Assembly: GCA_016187405.1 (NCBI GenBank)
Contig: JACPJS010000006.1
Span: 1 to 54,926, forward strand
Length of the DNA stretch: 54,926 nucleotides
Direction of reading: 5' to 3'
From: Candidatus Aenigmatarchaeota archaeon
GTDB taxonomy: Archaea; Aenigmatarchaeota; Aenigmatarchaeia; CG10238-14; SCSR01
Positions 54,923-54,926 of the stretch are shown here, one piece after another. The position numbers and the translations under genes are program-made. Numbering within the stretch: position 1 is the first letter of the stretch; every line of letters begins with the position of its first letter. Below the pieces are notes generated by a model. That model made no database searches, was not told the origin of the DNA, and was given only the letters and a program-made list of their open reading frames with translations.

Positions 54923-54926
54923 TATG

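Noticed and set aside
1-54926. CRISPR arrays, diversity-generating retroelement (TR/VR pair plus reverse transcriptase), prophage or transposon
   Set aside because: I found no spaced direct repeats, no reverse transcriptase, integrase, transposase or capsid/terminase-like ORF. Non-coding gaps are too short (mostly under 100 nt) to hold arrays. A computational repeat search would be needed to be certain.
1-54926. Bacterial (for example CPR) origin, suggested by NrdR, MinD, SpoIIM-like, DUF1003, CPCC and DUF4375 genes
   Set aside because: The exosome subunits, aIF2 alpha/gamma, aIF6, e-type ribosomal proteins, Rpo7/Spt4/RpoP, RNase P protein subunits, FEN1, Nop10 and Pcc1 are diagnostic of an archaeon. 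The bacterial-looking genes are better explained as acquisitions.

Overview
This is a very compact, almost fully coding window from an archaeon. Genes often abut or overlap by 4 nt (ATGA). My lineage guess is a small-genome, DPANN-like archaeon, which cannot be proven without database searches.

Most of the content is information processing:
- Six aminoacyl-tRNA synthetase genes: the 3' part of alaS, leuS, pheT, pheS, trpS and glyS.
- The RNase P / proteasome / exosome superoperon: Rpp30, Pop5, PsmA, SBDS, Rrp4, Rrp41, Rrp42.
- Translation and RNP factors: aIF2 alpha, aIF2 gamma, aIF6, Nop10, Rpp21.
- RNA polymerase subunits E', Spt4 and P.
- Nine ribosomal protein genes: S6e, S24e, S27ae, L31e, an L39e-like ORF, L15e, L37ae, S19e, S2.
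- FEN1, prefoldin beta, Pcc1, SepF-like and MinD-like genes.
- Three tRNAs: Arg-TCT, Pro-TGG, Pro-GGG.
- A membrane pyrophosphatase of the K+-independent sequence type.
- An nrdR-nrdJ operon preceded by an NrdR-box palindrome.

Five short genes are absent from the supplied ORF track. Four are S27ae, the L39e-like ORF, RpoP and Nop10, and I read these directly from the DNA. The fifth is a speculative 43-aa membrane ORF.

I saw no rRNA, CRISPR array, transposase, integrase or reverse transcriptase.

The main pattern is that conserved archaeal operons are interrupted by small accessory insertions, several with visibly lower G+C in hand-counted samples. Candidates for something new, in my order of interest:
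1. A low-GC 536-aa free-standing protein with two LAGLIDADG-like motifs and three HTH-like regions, wedged against glyS.
2. Two separate tandem pairs of class-III-signal-peptide (type IV pilin-like) proteins, each with four conserved cysteines, inserted into ribosomal/translation operons with no assembly machinery nearby.
3. A Nudix / alpha-beta hydrolase / cupin cassette chained by ATGA overlaps between RNase P subunits Rpp30 and Pop5.
4. An orphan with a DPPY motif that splits Pop5 from PsmA.
5. A bacterial-style NrdR repressor and box in front of an archaeal-type promoter.

None of these can be established as a new system from the sequence alone.
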